From positions 51,024 to 115,023 of the forward strand of contig CAWFSC010000014.1 in NCBI GenBank assembly GCA_963818415.1: a stretch of DNA of 64,000 nt. Reading direction: 5' to 3'. Source of the DNA: an uncultured Gammaproteobacteria bacterium (GTDB lineage: Bacteria; Pseudomonadota; Gammaproteobacteria; Chromatiales; Chromatiaceae). A program made the position numbers and the translations under genes. The notes under the pieces were generated by a model. It ran no database searches and was not told where the DNA came from. It was given only the letters and a program-made list of their open reading frames with translations. Within the stretch, counting starts at the first letter, position 1, and the number at the start of each line of letters is the position of its first letter. Below are positions 30,996-41,915 of the stretch, piece by piece.

Positions 30996-31211
30996 TCAGC
31001 GAGCGCGACAGCGTCCATGGAATCAGGTGCCAGGCAAAGGTTGTGGCCGCGTTTCTGCCGACGGACGGTAGCGCCGCGCCGGGGAGAGAAGACGAAATCT
31101 GTGCAGCGGATCACGTCGGCGCGGGTCGGAAACCTCTACACTGGAAGCGGGTTTGGAATGATTGGCCGGAGGTCGGGCGGTTTTGACTGTCCCGCCCGCG
31201 AGGAGGTTGCC

Positions 31212-31967
31212 ATGAGTAGCACGATCAGCGGTGTCAGCGGTTTTTCGTCGATGCTGTATCAAACGAGTTCCAGGGCGAACGTGCAGCGCCCCGATCCCGC
31301 CACGGTGGCGGAGAACCTCGTCTCCAACCTGGATACCGACGGCAATGGCTCGCTTGCCGAGTCAGAGTTCCAGACCGCGATCGATGAGATGTCGGGCACG
31401 GGCAGTGGCACGTCCAGCACCAGCGCCAAAGAGCTGTTTTCCGGGATCGACAGCGATGGGGATGGCGAGGTCACTTCGACCGAGCTAACGAACACGCTTC
31501 AGAACCTCGCTGACAGCATCGACTTCGCCCAAGGCATGGGCGGGCCAGGTGGTGGCGGAGGGCCGGGCGGACCAGGAGGCCCCGGCGGACCTGGGGGTCC
31601 GGGAGGGCCTGGGGGACCAGGAGGCATGGGCGGGACAGCGTCAACATCATCGGACAGCGAGAGCGAGAGCGATGCGAGCCTCGTCGCGGCAGCCGATACC
31701 AATGGCGATGGCACGGTCAGCCTGGCGGAACTCGTCGCCTACTACCAATCCAGCCAGACCTCGTCCTCGGCGACCACCGACTCCACGGACAGCAGCACCA
31801 CGGCAACAACCACCGCCACGAGCACGGAGAGCACGAGCAGCACCACCGCGACGAGCGAACTCAACACCAGGTCGCGGCAGACGATCATGCAATTGGCCCA
31901 TGCTTACGGAGCGTCGGAGCAAAGCGGCGACTCATCCGTTTCCGGACTCCTGTCATTCTCCGCCTGA
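31212..31967 (+). CDS. EF-hand calcium-binding protein with a Gly-Pro repeat and a Ser/Thr-rich tail
   Basis: GAGGAGG RBS. Three DxDxDG loops (DTDGNGSLAESEF, DSDGDGEVTSTEL, DTNGDGTVSLAEL), a (GGP)n tract GGPGGGGGPGGPGGPGGPGGPGGPGGPGG, then an S/T/A-rich low-complexity region. Confidence 0.75.
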   Translation: MSSTISGVSGFSSMLYQTSSRANVQRPDPATVAENLVSNLDTDGNGSLAESEFQTAIDEMSGTGSGTSSTSAKELFSGIDSDGDGEVTSTELTNTLQNLADSIDFAQGMGGPGGGGGPGGPGGPGGPGGPGGPGGPGGMGGTASTSSDSESESDASLVAAADTNGDGTVSLAELVAYYQSSQTSSSATTDSTDSSTTATTTATSTESTSSTTATSELNTRSRQTIMQLAHAYGASEQSGDSSVSGLLSFSA

Positions 31968-32161
31968 TCACGTCGCCTTGATCGAGCGCCCGAAGGCACT
32001 GGCGACGGGTCTCGCGTATTCCTGATCGCGGGAGATTCCGTCGCACCGCCAGCGTTTCCGGTTGACCGGATCGACGCCGTCGAGCGTGTTTGAGCTGTTC
32101 TCGTCCGAGCCGGAGAGACGGAAGTTGTCCGTGTTCCCGACCGACGCAGCGGACCGCTCCC

Positions 32162-35100
32162 CTACCTCGACCACTCGTCGGACAGCGACTCAGCCTGCTG
32201 CAGAACCAATTCCACGGCCTCGGGTTGCTGATCGGGCGGGTACTTCCATTTCTGGAGCGTGCGGCGGACCAGAATGCGCAGCCGCGCACGCACGCTCTCC
32301 CGCACCTGCCAGTCCACCGTGGTGCTGGCCCGGAGCTTCTCCGTGATCTCGACGGCGATCTTCTTCAGGACATCGTCGCCCAGCTCGCGGACCGCGCTCT
32401 CGTTGTTGGCCAGAGCGTCGTAGAAGGCGATCTCATCCTGGCCCAAGCCCAGCGCCGCTTCGCGCTCCAGCGCGGCCTGGAACTCCTTGGCCATCTGGAT
32501 CAGCTCCTCGATGACCTGGGCGGTCTCGATGGCGCGGTTGTGATATTTGCGCAGGGTCTCCAGCAGGCGGTCGCCGTACTTCTTCTCTTGCACCACATTG
32601 TTGCGAGCACGCGCCTTGATCACGTCACGCAACAGCTTTTCCAGCAGCTCCACCGCCAGGTTGCGGCTCTTCATCTGGCGCACGTCTTCAAGGAACTCAT
32701 CGGATAGGAGCCCGATGTTCGGCCTGTCCAACCCGGCCAGCGCGAAGATATCGCTCACGCCATCGGCGAGGATGGCGTTGTCCAGGATCTGCTTGAGCGC
32801 GCTGTTCCTCTCCTCGCTGGTGCGCTTCCTGTCGACGCTGGTGAACTTGGCGATAGCCGCCTTGATGGCGGAGAAGAAGGCGATCTCCTTACGCAAGTCC
32901 GCCGCTTCGTCCAGCGTGCCGCACAGCGCGTAGGCCCTGGAGACCGCCGCCATGGTGTCGAGGAAGCGTGGCTTGCCATCTTTCAGGCCGAGGAGATGGT
33001 TGGCGCAGGGCACCAGCAGCGTGGCGGCCCTGGTCTCGAAGCCGCTGTAGTCGCAGCCATGCATCATGCCGCGCAGGATGTCCATCTTCTCGAGCAGCAC
33101 GGCCAGTGCCTCGGAGGCATTGTGGGTCGGGTCGCCCTTGCCCTTGGCCTCGGTGTAGGTCTTGAGCGCGGCCTTCAGCTCGTTGGCGATGCCGATGTAG
33201 TCCACCACCAGACCACCCGGCTTGTTCTTGAATACGCGGTTGACCCGCGCGATGGCCTGCATCAGGTTGTGGCCCTTCATGGGCTTGTCGACGTACATGG
33301 TGTGGCAGCACGGCGCATCGAACCCGGTCAGCCACATATCGCGCACGATCACCAGCTTCAGCGGGTCTTTGGCATCCTTGAAGCGCTTCTCCAGGCGCTT
33401 CTTCACCTGCTTGCTGTACAGGTGCGGTTGCAGCAGTTCCTTATCGGCCGCCGAACCGGTCATCACCACCTTGATGGCGCCCTTTTCCGGATCGTCGTCG
33501 TGCCAGTCTGGGCGCAGGGTGACGATGGCCTTATAGAGCTGGGCGCAGATGTCGCGGCTCATGCAGACGATCATGGCCTTGCCGTCGAGCGTTGCGCTGC
33601 GGGTTTCAAAGTGCTCGACCAGATCCTTGGCCACTTGCGCCAGACGTGGCTCGGCGCCCACCAGCTTTTCCAGAGCGGCCCATTCGCTCTTGGTCTTCTC
33701 GCGGCTGGCGATGTCTTCTTCGTCCTCCACCACCTCATCGACCTGCTCGTTGAGCGCGTCGATCTCGGCCTGTTTTACATCCAGCTTGGCCAAACGGCTT
33801 TCGTAGTAGATCGGCACCGTGGCACCGTCGTCGACTGCGTCCTGAATGTCGTAGATGCTGACGTAGTCGCCAAATACCGCGCGGGTGTCTTTGTCTTCCA
33901 GAGCAATCGGTGTGCCGGTGAAGCCGATGAAGGTGGCGTTTTTCAGTGCATCACGCAGATGCTTGGCATAGCCGAACACGTACTTTCCCGTCTTGCTCGT
34001 CGAAGCGCCCCTTTGTGCCGTACTGGCTGCGGTGCGCTTCGTCGGAGATGACCACGATGTTTGAGCGGTCGGACAGCGGCGGGTGCTCGTCTTCCCCGTC
34101 CAGCAGCGCGAACTTCTGCACCGTGGTGAAGATGATGCCGCCCGCCTGACGCGAGGCCAGCATCTCGCGCAGCGCGTCACGGCTGCCGGCTTGCACCGGA
34201 GTCGTCTTGAGCAAATCCGCGGCCGCGCAGAAGGTGGCGAACAACTGCCCATCCAGATCGTTGCGGTCGGTCACCACGACCAGCGTCGGGTTCTTCATCT
34301 CGGGCTGTTGCAGCAGCTTGCCCGCGTAGCAGGCCATGGTGATGCTCTTGCCCGAGCCCTGGGTGTGCCAGACCACACCGGCCTTGCGCGACCCCGGCTT
34401 CACGTCCTTCCCATAGGTGGCACGTTCTTCCCACACTTCCAGCACGCCCTTGTCGGGCGAGCTGGCCGCAATCACCGTGGCGCGCACGGCCTCGCGCACG
34501 GCGTGGAACTGGTGATAGCCGGCGATCTTCTTGATCACCGCATCGCCATCCTGCTCGAAGAGGACGAAGTGCCGGATGTAATCGAGGAACAGCTCGGGCG
34601 CGAAGAAGCCGCGCACCAAGGTTTCCAGTTCCAGTTGCACGCGGGGTCGGTCGTCCTCGTTGGCAATGGCGCGCCAGGGCAACATTCGCTCGCGTGTTGG
34701 CCGTCAGCGAACCCACGCGCGCCGTCCAGCCATCGCTGATCACCAGCGCCTCGTTGCTGTTGAAGAGGTCGGCGATCTCGTCCTTGTAGGTCTGCAACTG
34801 GTTGAAGGCGTCCCAGATGTCCGTCTGTTCGTTGGCCGGGTTCTTCAGCTCGATGACCGCCAGCGGCAGACCATTGATGAAAATCGCCAGATCCGGCCGC
34901 CTCGGCTGTTTGGCGCCAGTCACGGTGAACTGGCTGACCACCAAAAAATCATTGTTGCCAGGGTTGGCGAAGTCCATCAGGTGGACCAGATCGGTTTTCT
35001 TGGTGTCGCCGTCCGCGAACTCGACAGAAACGCCGGAGAGCAGCAGCCGGTGGAAATGGCGGTTCCTGGACGTCAGTTGCGGCTCGCTGATCGTCTGCAA

Positions 35101-35313
35101 GGCGTGCGCGGCTTGTTCGAGCGCGTCTGGCGGAATGTGCGGATTGATGCGCGCCAGGGCGGCCAGCAGCCGGTCGCGTAGGATCACCTGGCGGTAATCC
35201 GCGCGCTCTGGCATGTCGCCCTCGGGTCCGATGTCGGGTCCATGCAGGAAGTCCCAGCCGGTCTCCCGGAACCAGCCGATGCACAGGGTTTCGAGTTGTT
35301 GTTCGTTCAGCAT
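32162..35313 (-). pseudogene. hsdR: type I restriction enzyme R subunit (two frame breaks, ~34000-34050 and ~34680)
   Basis: N-terminal nuclease region (..DLAIFINGLPLAVIELK..), helicase motifs WHTQGSGKS and [12 protein letters not shown], then ..FIGFTGTPI.., across ORFs 34177..35313, 33951..34685 and 32162..34252. Confidence 0.85.
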
Positions 35314-35705
35314 GGCGCGGCTCCTGCTGTCGGCAGAATCAAACCGTGCTGTTGCGCCAGTTCATGGTTCAACACCGCGACGGAGATGGCAGGGAGCGCC
35401 CACGTCTTCACGAGGGGCTTCAGGGCCTGCGAAAGGGCATTTTGGAGTGCTTCCAGCCATTCCTGCTTGTGTCCGTTGATGACCAGCACGAAGCGGAACC
35501 CCAGTGTCTGCAAATCGAGTGTCTTGAAGGAATCAGGCAGCTCATCTGCCGCTGAGGGGTGGCGTTGCAGCCGAGCGGCGACCGTGAGCAGGAAGGCGTT
35601 GGTGAGCTTGTCGCGCACTTCGTCGATGAATGAGTCGAAGTTTGGCTGCGTCTCTGGCCTCGGGGTACTGGACTTGGCTTCGACGACCCACAGTGTCGGT
35701 CCGTG
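35307..35705 (-). pseudogene. unrecognised ~130-codon ORF (TLWVVEAKSS... PD-(D/E)xK-like pattern), coupled to hsdR
   Basis: The frame is open from ~35759, and meaningful sequence starts at ..GPTLWVVEAKSSTPRPETQPNFDSFIDEVRDKLTNAFLLTVAARL... The stop TGA overlaps the hsdR ATG (ATGCTGA). There is no in-frame ATG/RBS at its 5' end. It is joined to the ATPase fragment by a frame change. Confidence 0.4.
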
Positions 35706-36265
35706 ACCCCGATGGGGTACTTGTGCCGCCCTTTGATGAACAGCCAGCGGCCCGACGCCTCATCGTACTCGACCACACCCCCCAAGATGCCTTCCAGTTG
35801 CTCGCGTGATTGGGCGAACTCTTTGTAATTTTTGCCCTTACTGGGAGAAATACGCAGGGCTTTGGCGAGGTCGAAGTAAGTGTCGTCAAACCCAAAGACC
35901 TTGTCCTGCTCCCGCGATTTCAGAATGATCTGATGCAGCGAAAGCACTTCCTTCGCTGGCAAGAAGATCGTATTGCTGGCGCGTGGCGGCACAGTGTTGT
36001 CGATGCTGGAAATCTGTTACTGGTGTCCTTGCCAAAGCTGTAAAAGAAATCCTTTTGATCGACAGTGAGCGCGCTCGACAAGGGGGCATCCGCTCCTTTG
36101 CTGACCAGATCACCAATCTTCTCGGCCTGAAACGTCCAATACAGCTTGTCCGCCAGAATCTCGGATAGCTGAGCGTTGCTCGTTGCCACGCTTGAAATCT
36201 TCCAGCGTGCGCAGGCTGCTGTAGATGGCCTTGAGCAGGAAGGTCTTGCCGCTACCGTTACCCCT
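35706..36265 (-). pseudogene. P-loop (AAA/ABC-type) ATPase fragment, truncated at both ends
   Basis: GNGSGKTFLLKAIYSSL Walker A, then ..SNAQLSEILADKLYWTFQAEKIGDLV.. and ..NTIFLPAKEVLSLHQIILKSREQDKVFGFDDTYFDLAKAL.. over three frames. No N-terminal ~30 aa, no Walker B. Confidence 0.55.
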
Positions 36266-37955
36266 CTCCGCTTCCAGGCGGGCGCTTTCGGCGAACTGGT
36301 CGCTCAAGGTGGCGGTCAGGCGCGCCATCTTGTCTGCGAAAGGCTTCGCCGTCCTCTTCCTGCGCGGCGGCGCCCACGTAGCGGCCAGGCGTGAGCACGT
36401 GGTCGTGCGTGCGGATGTCGTCCAGCGTCACGGCCGATATGGCAGTAAGCCCGGGCTCGTCCTCTACCGCCTCGCCGCAGCTTGCCAGGCGTGGAAGGTG
36501 TCGGCCACCTTGGCGACGTCTTCGGGCCTGAAGTCGCGCAGCACGCGGTCTTTCATGTAGCCGAGCTGGCGGGCGTCGATGAACAGCAACTGGCCTGCTC
36601 GCGCGTCTTTCAGGCCGTGCTGCCAGAGCCACGTGCGGCCTTGCTCGTTGGTCAGGAACCAGATGCAGGCGGGGATCTGGGTGTTGGTGAACAGCTGGCC
36701 GGGCAGGGCGACCATGCATTCCACCAGTAGTCGCGTTCTCGATCAGCGCCTTGCGGATCTCGCCTTCGTTGTTGGTGTTGCTGCTCATGGAGCCGTTGGC
36801 CAGCAGCAGCGCCATGCTGCCGTGTCGGCGCCAGGTGGTAGAGCATGTGCTGCAGCCAGGCGAAGTTGGCGTTGCCCTGCGGCGGCGTGCCGGCAATTCC
36901 AGCGCGGGTCGTCTGTCCTGAGCTTTTCGTTCCACCACTCCTTCATGTTGAAGGGCGGGTTGGCCATGACGAAGTCGGCGCGCAGGTCGGGGTGCAGGTC
37001 GTTGAGCGAAGGTGTCGGCCGGGTGCGCCGCCGAAGTTGAAGTCGATGCCGCGGATGGCCATGTTCATCGCGGCCAGGCGCCAGGTGGTGGGGTTGCTCT
37101 CCTGGCCGTAGACGCTGATCTGGCCGCTCTTGCCGTTGGCGGCTTTGCCGCCGTGCTCTTCGATGAACTCGCTCGCTCTGCACGAAGAAGCCGCCCGAGC
37201 CCATGGCCGGGTCGTAGACGCGGCCCTTGAAGGGCTGCGAGCATTTCGACGATCAGCGTGACGATGCTCTTGGGCGTGTAGTACTGGCCGCCTTTCTTGC
37301 CTTCGGCCAGGGCGAACTGGCCGAGGAAGTATTCGTAGACGTGGCCGAGGATGTCCTTGCTCTTGCAGGTTGAGCGGCTGGCCGTCGTAGTCCTTGCGGT
37401 TGAAGTCGGTGTCGGAGAAGTGGCGATCAGGTCGGCCAGCTTGTGCGAGTCGATCTGGGTGCGGGCGAAGTCCTTGTTGAGCACGCCCTTGAGCTTTTTC
37501 TCGTTCTCGCGCTCGATGGCCTCCATGGCGTTGTCGATCAGCCAGCCAACGCTGCGCATCTCCTCGGGCTCGTCCTTGCCGGATCTTCCACGGCAGCCGG
37601 CCGCCAGGCGGCAACGGGCGCAGTCGCGCAGGGTTTGCCAGCGGGCTTCCAGCGGCACCCAGAAGACATTCTTCTCGGTGTAGTAGTCGCGAATCTCCAA
37701 CTCGTGTTTCAGCGCCTGCTCGTCATCGTCCCCCAAGTCGGCGAGGTCCAGGTAGTAATCGTGGCCGGGGTTCTGGAACTGCTCGCGCAGCTCCTTCTGC
37801 CGCTCTTCAAAGGCGTCGGAGACGTACTTCAGGAAGATCAGGCCCAGCACCACATGCTTGTAGACGGCGGCGTCCAGGTTGGAGCGCAGCTTGTCGGCGG
37901 CGGTCCAGAGCTTCTTTTCGAGGTCGGTGAAGAAACGCTGTTCGATGGGGCGCAT
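36266..37955 (-). pseudogene. hsdM: type I R-M DNA methyltransferase subunit M (>=8 frame breaks; C-terminus fused to the ATPase fragment)
   Basis: [124 protein letters not shown] and ADKMARLTATLSDQFAESARLEAE, scattered over all three minus frames. Confidence 0.85.
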
Positions 37956-38119
37956 GGGGGCATCTGCTCATGTGACTGTGCGGTTGGACCGCTCGGGCGC
38001 GGCATCGGCCCCGCTGAATTGGGCGCGCGGGTGCCGGGCCGGCGGTCGGCGCAGGCAAGCCCGCGCCGACCGCATCAAAGCACAATCAGTGAGAGGGGAT
38101 CCAGCGTGCCGGTCCGCGT

Positions 38120-40507
38120 CTAGAAGGGCCAGGTCCAGTCATCCACGTCCGGCTTGTCGATGCCGTGCTCGATAGGCATAGTTGCGGCAGTCGATCTGCA
38201 TATCCCGCAGCTTCTCCTTCACATGCGCGCCCGCGACCTGCAGGCGCGGCACCCGGTTGATGACGTCGATGGCCAGGCTGAAGCGGTCGATCTCGTTGCT
38301 GATCGCCAGCTCCAGCGGGGTGTTGATGTTGCCCTTCTCCTTGTAGCCGCGCACGTGCAGGTTCTTGTGGTTGGTGCGGCGGTAGGCGAGGCGGTGGATC
38401 AGCCAGGGGTAGCCGTGGAAGTTGAAGATGACCGGCTTGTCCTTGGTGAAGAGGCTGTCGAAGTCCGCGTCGGTGAGACCATGCGGGTGCTCGCCGGCGG
38501 GCTGGAGCTTGAAGAGATCCACGACGTTGATGAAGCGCAGCTTGATGTCCGGGAAGTGCTCGCGCAGCAGGGCGGTGGCGGCCAGCGCCTCCTTGGTCGG
38601 GATGTCGCCGCAGCCGGCCAGCACCGCATCCGGCTCCGCGCCCTGGTCGTTGCTCGCCCACTCCCAGATGCCGATGCCCTTGGTGCAGTGCTTGATGGCG
38701 GCGTCCATGTCCAGATACTGCAAGTGGTTCTGCTTGTCGCAGACGATGACGTTGATGTCGTCGCGGCTGTTCAGGCAGTGATTGACGGTCGAGAGCAGGG
38801 TGTTGACGTCCGGCGGCAGATAGATGCGCGTGACCTCCGGGTTCTTGTTGACGACGACGTCGAGGAAGCCGGGATCCTGATGGGTGAAGCCGTTGTGGTC
38901 CTGACGCCAGACGGTGGAGGTGATGAGCAGGTTGAGCGAGGAGATGCGCGCCCGCCAGGGGATCTCCTCGCAGATCGCCAGCCACTTGGCGTGCTGGTTG
39001 TACATGGAGTCGATGACGTGGACGAAGGCTTCATAGGTGGCGAAGAAGCCGTGGCGGCCGGTCAGCACATAGCCCTCGTACCAGCCTTCGAGCGTGTGCT
39101 CGGAGAGCATCTCCAGCACGCGGCCGTCGGGTGACAGCTCGCCGCCGTCGGCGTCCTCCGGCTTGTAGTCGCACAGCCAGAGCTTCTTGCTGACGGCGTA
39201 GACGTCGTCGAGCTTGTTGGAGCTGTTCTCGTCCGGGCCGAAGACACGGAAGTTGTCCATGTTCTTGGCCATGATGTCGCGCAGCAGGGCGCCGGTCGGC
39301 TTGGTGTTGAAGGCGCGCGTGGTGCCGGGCTTCTCGACCGCAAGCGCATAGTCGCGGAAGTCCGGCATCCGCAGCGCCCGGCGGATCAGTCCGCCGTTGG
39401 CGTGCGGGCTGGCGCTCATGCGCCGCGTGCCCTCGGGGGCGAGCGCCTTCAATTCCGGGATCAGCGTGCCGCTCGCGTCGAACAGCTCCTCGGGCTTGTA
39501 GCTGCGCATCCAGTCTTCGAGCTGCTTCAGAGTGCGCCGGGTTGTTGTGCATCCCGGAGAGCGGCACCTGATGGGCGCGCCAGAAGCCCTCGACCTTGTG
39601 GCCGTCGACCGACTCGGGTCCGGTCCAGCCCTTGGGGGTGCGCAGCACGATCATCGGCCAGTGGCAGCGGGTCGCCTGACCGCTGGCGCGGGCCGCCTGC
39701 TGGAAGGCGCGGATCTCGGCGTGGCAGGCGTCCAGGGTCGCGGCCATCACCTGGTGCATGACCATGGGGTCGTCGCCCTCGACGAAGTGCGGCGTCCAGC
39801 CGTAGCCGCGCATGAGATCGGCCAGCTCTTCATTGGGGATGCGCGAGAGCAGGGTCGGGTTGTTGATCTTGTAGCCGTTGAGATGAAGGATCGGCAGCAC
39901 CGCGCCGTCGCGGATGGGGTTGAGGAACTTGCTCGAATGCCAGGAGGTGGCGAGCGGTCCGGTCTCGGCCTCGCCGTCGCCCACGGCGACCGCGACCAAC
40001 AGGTTCGGATTGTCGAAGGCGGCACCGAAGGCGTGCGAGATGGAATAGCCCAGCTCGCCGCCCTCATGGATGGAGCCGGGGGTCTCCGGGCGTGCAGTGC
40101 GAGCCGATGCCGCCGGGGAAGGAGAACTGCTTGAAGAAGGCTTTCATGCCTTCCTCGTCCTCGCTCTTGTTGGGGTAGATCTCGGAGTAGGTGCCTTCCA
40201 GATAGACCGGCGCCAGCACGCCGGGCGCGCCATGGCCGGGACCGGCGAGGAAGATGGCCTCCTGGTCGTGCGCCTTGATGATGCGGTTGAGATGGACGTA
40301 CATGAAGGACAGACCAGGACTCGCGCCCCAATGACCGAGCAGACGGCTCTTCAGATGCTCTTCCTGCAACGGCTCGCTGAGCAGCGGGTTGTCGCGCAGA
40401 TAGATCATGCCGACGGCCAGATAGCAGCAGGCGCGCCAGTAGGCGTCTATCTTGGCGAGCTGGTCGGGTGAGAGTGGGGTGGCGGTCGGGGCGGATGCTT
40501 GAGTCAT
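38120..40507 (-). CDS. xfp: xylulose-5-phosphate/fructose-6-phosphate phosphoketolase (three frame breaks, ~40080, ~39535, ~38165)
   Basis: [66 protein letters not shown], ..[22 protein letters not shown].. and ..[15 protein letters not shown]... The true C-terminus [16 protein letters not shown] ends at the TAG at 38120-38122. Confidence 0.85.
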
Positions 40508-40893
40508 GCGGTCCTCTTCATGGCATTGGTGGTGGCGATGAATGGATGCGGCGAAATGCGGGGAATCCAAGGAGCGGATCCGTCGCGATCGGGTCGGGCT
40601 TACCGGATTGCGCCCGTCAGCCCGACCCGATCCGGCTTGGTCCTCGGAGCGTGGAGGATAGGTTTCGCTGCGCTCTACCCATCCTTGTATCTTGAATTTC
40701 CGTGGTGGTTAGCTCCCATCACACGAGACCGAGGCAGCTTGAACCCATCCTGAAGGCATTGACCTTGTCGCGTAGATCAAGCCCTTGGTCTCTTCTTTCA
40801 CGCCAGCACTGACACTGAACGGTATCCAAGGGGCGAACCCTGCATGCACAAGGCAAGTGGGCGTGATGGTTTGCATCGTCAGCGGGTTGAAAC

Positions 40894-41884
40894 ATGGTCT
40901 ATCTCGGCATTGATGTCTCGAAAGCCAAATTGCACACCTGCCTGCGGCGTGAGGCCGACGGCAAACAGAAAACCAAAGTGGTCGAGAACAGCCGCGACGG
41001 GCGTGACGGCGCTGATCGACTGGCTCGCACGCCAAGGGGTGACGCCGGCGCAGGTTCACGCCGTGCTGGAAGCCACCGGCGTCTATCACGAAACCGACGG
41101 CGGAGGCGCTGCACGCGCACGGGTGTCACGGTGTCCATCGTCAATCCCGCGCAAGCCAAGAAGTTCGCCCAGGGGCTGGCGGTGCGCACCAAGACCGATG
41201 CCGTCGATGCCGACACCCTGGCGCGCTTTGGCGCCCTCGTGCAACCGGCGCCCTGGACACCTCCACCGCCCGAGGTCCGCACCTGGCAGGCGTTGCTGGC
41301 CCGTCAACAGGCGCTCAGCGAGGATCTCCGCCGCGAGCGCAACCGCCTGGAAAAGGCCGCAGGCGACGACCACGCCGCCGCCCGGTGCTCGACCTCGCTT
41401 GCGCGAAAGCCTCGCCTTCCTGGAGCAGGCGTTGGCGAAGCTCCAGCAGGAGATCGACGATCATCTGGATGGGCATCCCCAGCTCAAGGCCGACGTCGCC
41501 CTCCTGACCAGCATTCCCGCCGTCGGTCCCAAGGTCGCCCATCAGCTCCTGGCGCTGTTGCACGCCCGCGCGTTCCAGTCGGCCGAACCACTGGCGGCCT
41601 ATCTCGGCCTGGTGCCCGTCGAGCGCCAATCGGGCACCTCCGTGCACGCCCGCGCCCGACTCTCCAAGGCCGGGCCGGCACGGGTGCGCGCGACGCTCTA
41701 TATGGCCGCCGTCGTCGCCACGCGCTACAACCCGCACGTCAAAGCCCTCTACGAGCGCCTGCTCGCGCGCGGCAAAGCCAAAATGGCGGCGCTCGGCGCC
41801 GCCATGCGCAAACTCGTCCATCTGTGCTTTGGCGTGTTCAAAACCCGTCACCCTTACCAAGCGGACTATGCCCCGGCGGCTTGA
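40894..41884 (+). mobile_element. IS110 family transposase gene (>=3 frame breaks)
   Basis: MVYLGIDVSKAKLH (DEDD N-terminus), LEATGVYHE, TKTDAVDADTLARF and ..LTSIPAVGPKVAHQLLA..YLGLVPVERQSGTS.., split between ORFs 40894..42120 and 40844..41884. Element ends not defined. The right end must lie within the 31 bp before the convergent gene stop at 41916. Confidence 0.8.
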
Positions 41885-41915
41885 CGGGAAAGACGGTATC
41901 TACCGATCGATTGTG

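Noticed and set aside
30996-31211. Possible hupV remnant after hupU
   Set aside because: I translated the three forward frames and found no hydrogenase large-subunit N-terminal pattern (FNRVEGD/RxEGH-like). The region is treated as non-coding.
31538-31632. Short tandem nucleotide repeats (GGNCCN)n, and similar periodicity in tolA at 60400-61100, considered as a CRISPR/VNTR-like array
   Set aside because: Both lie inside well-supported ORFs and simply encode low-complexity peptide repeats. There is no repeat-spacer architecture.
32996-34739. Plus-strand ORFs 32996..34051 and 34083..34739
   Set aside because: They are antisense to hsdR helicase motifs and have shadow-ORF composition.
35314-36265. 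Search for an hsdS gene between hsdM and hsdR
   Set aside because: No TRD/conserved-helix pattern was found in any frame. The space is occupied by the ATPase fragment and the EAK-motif ORF.
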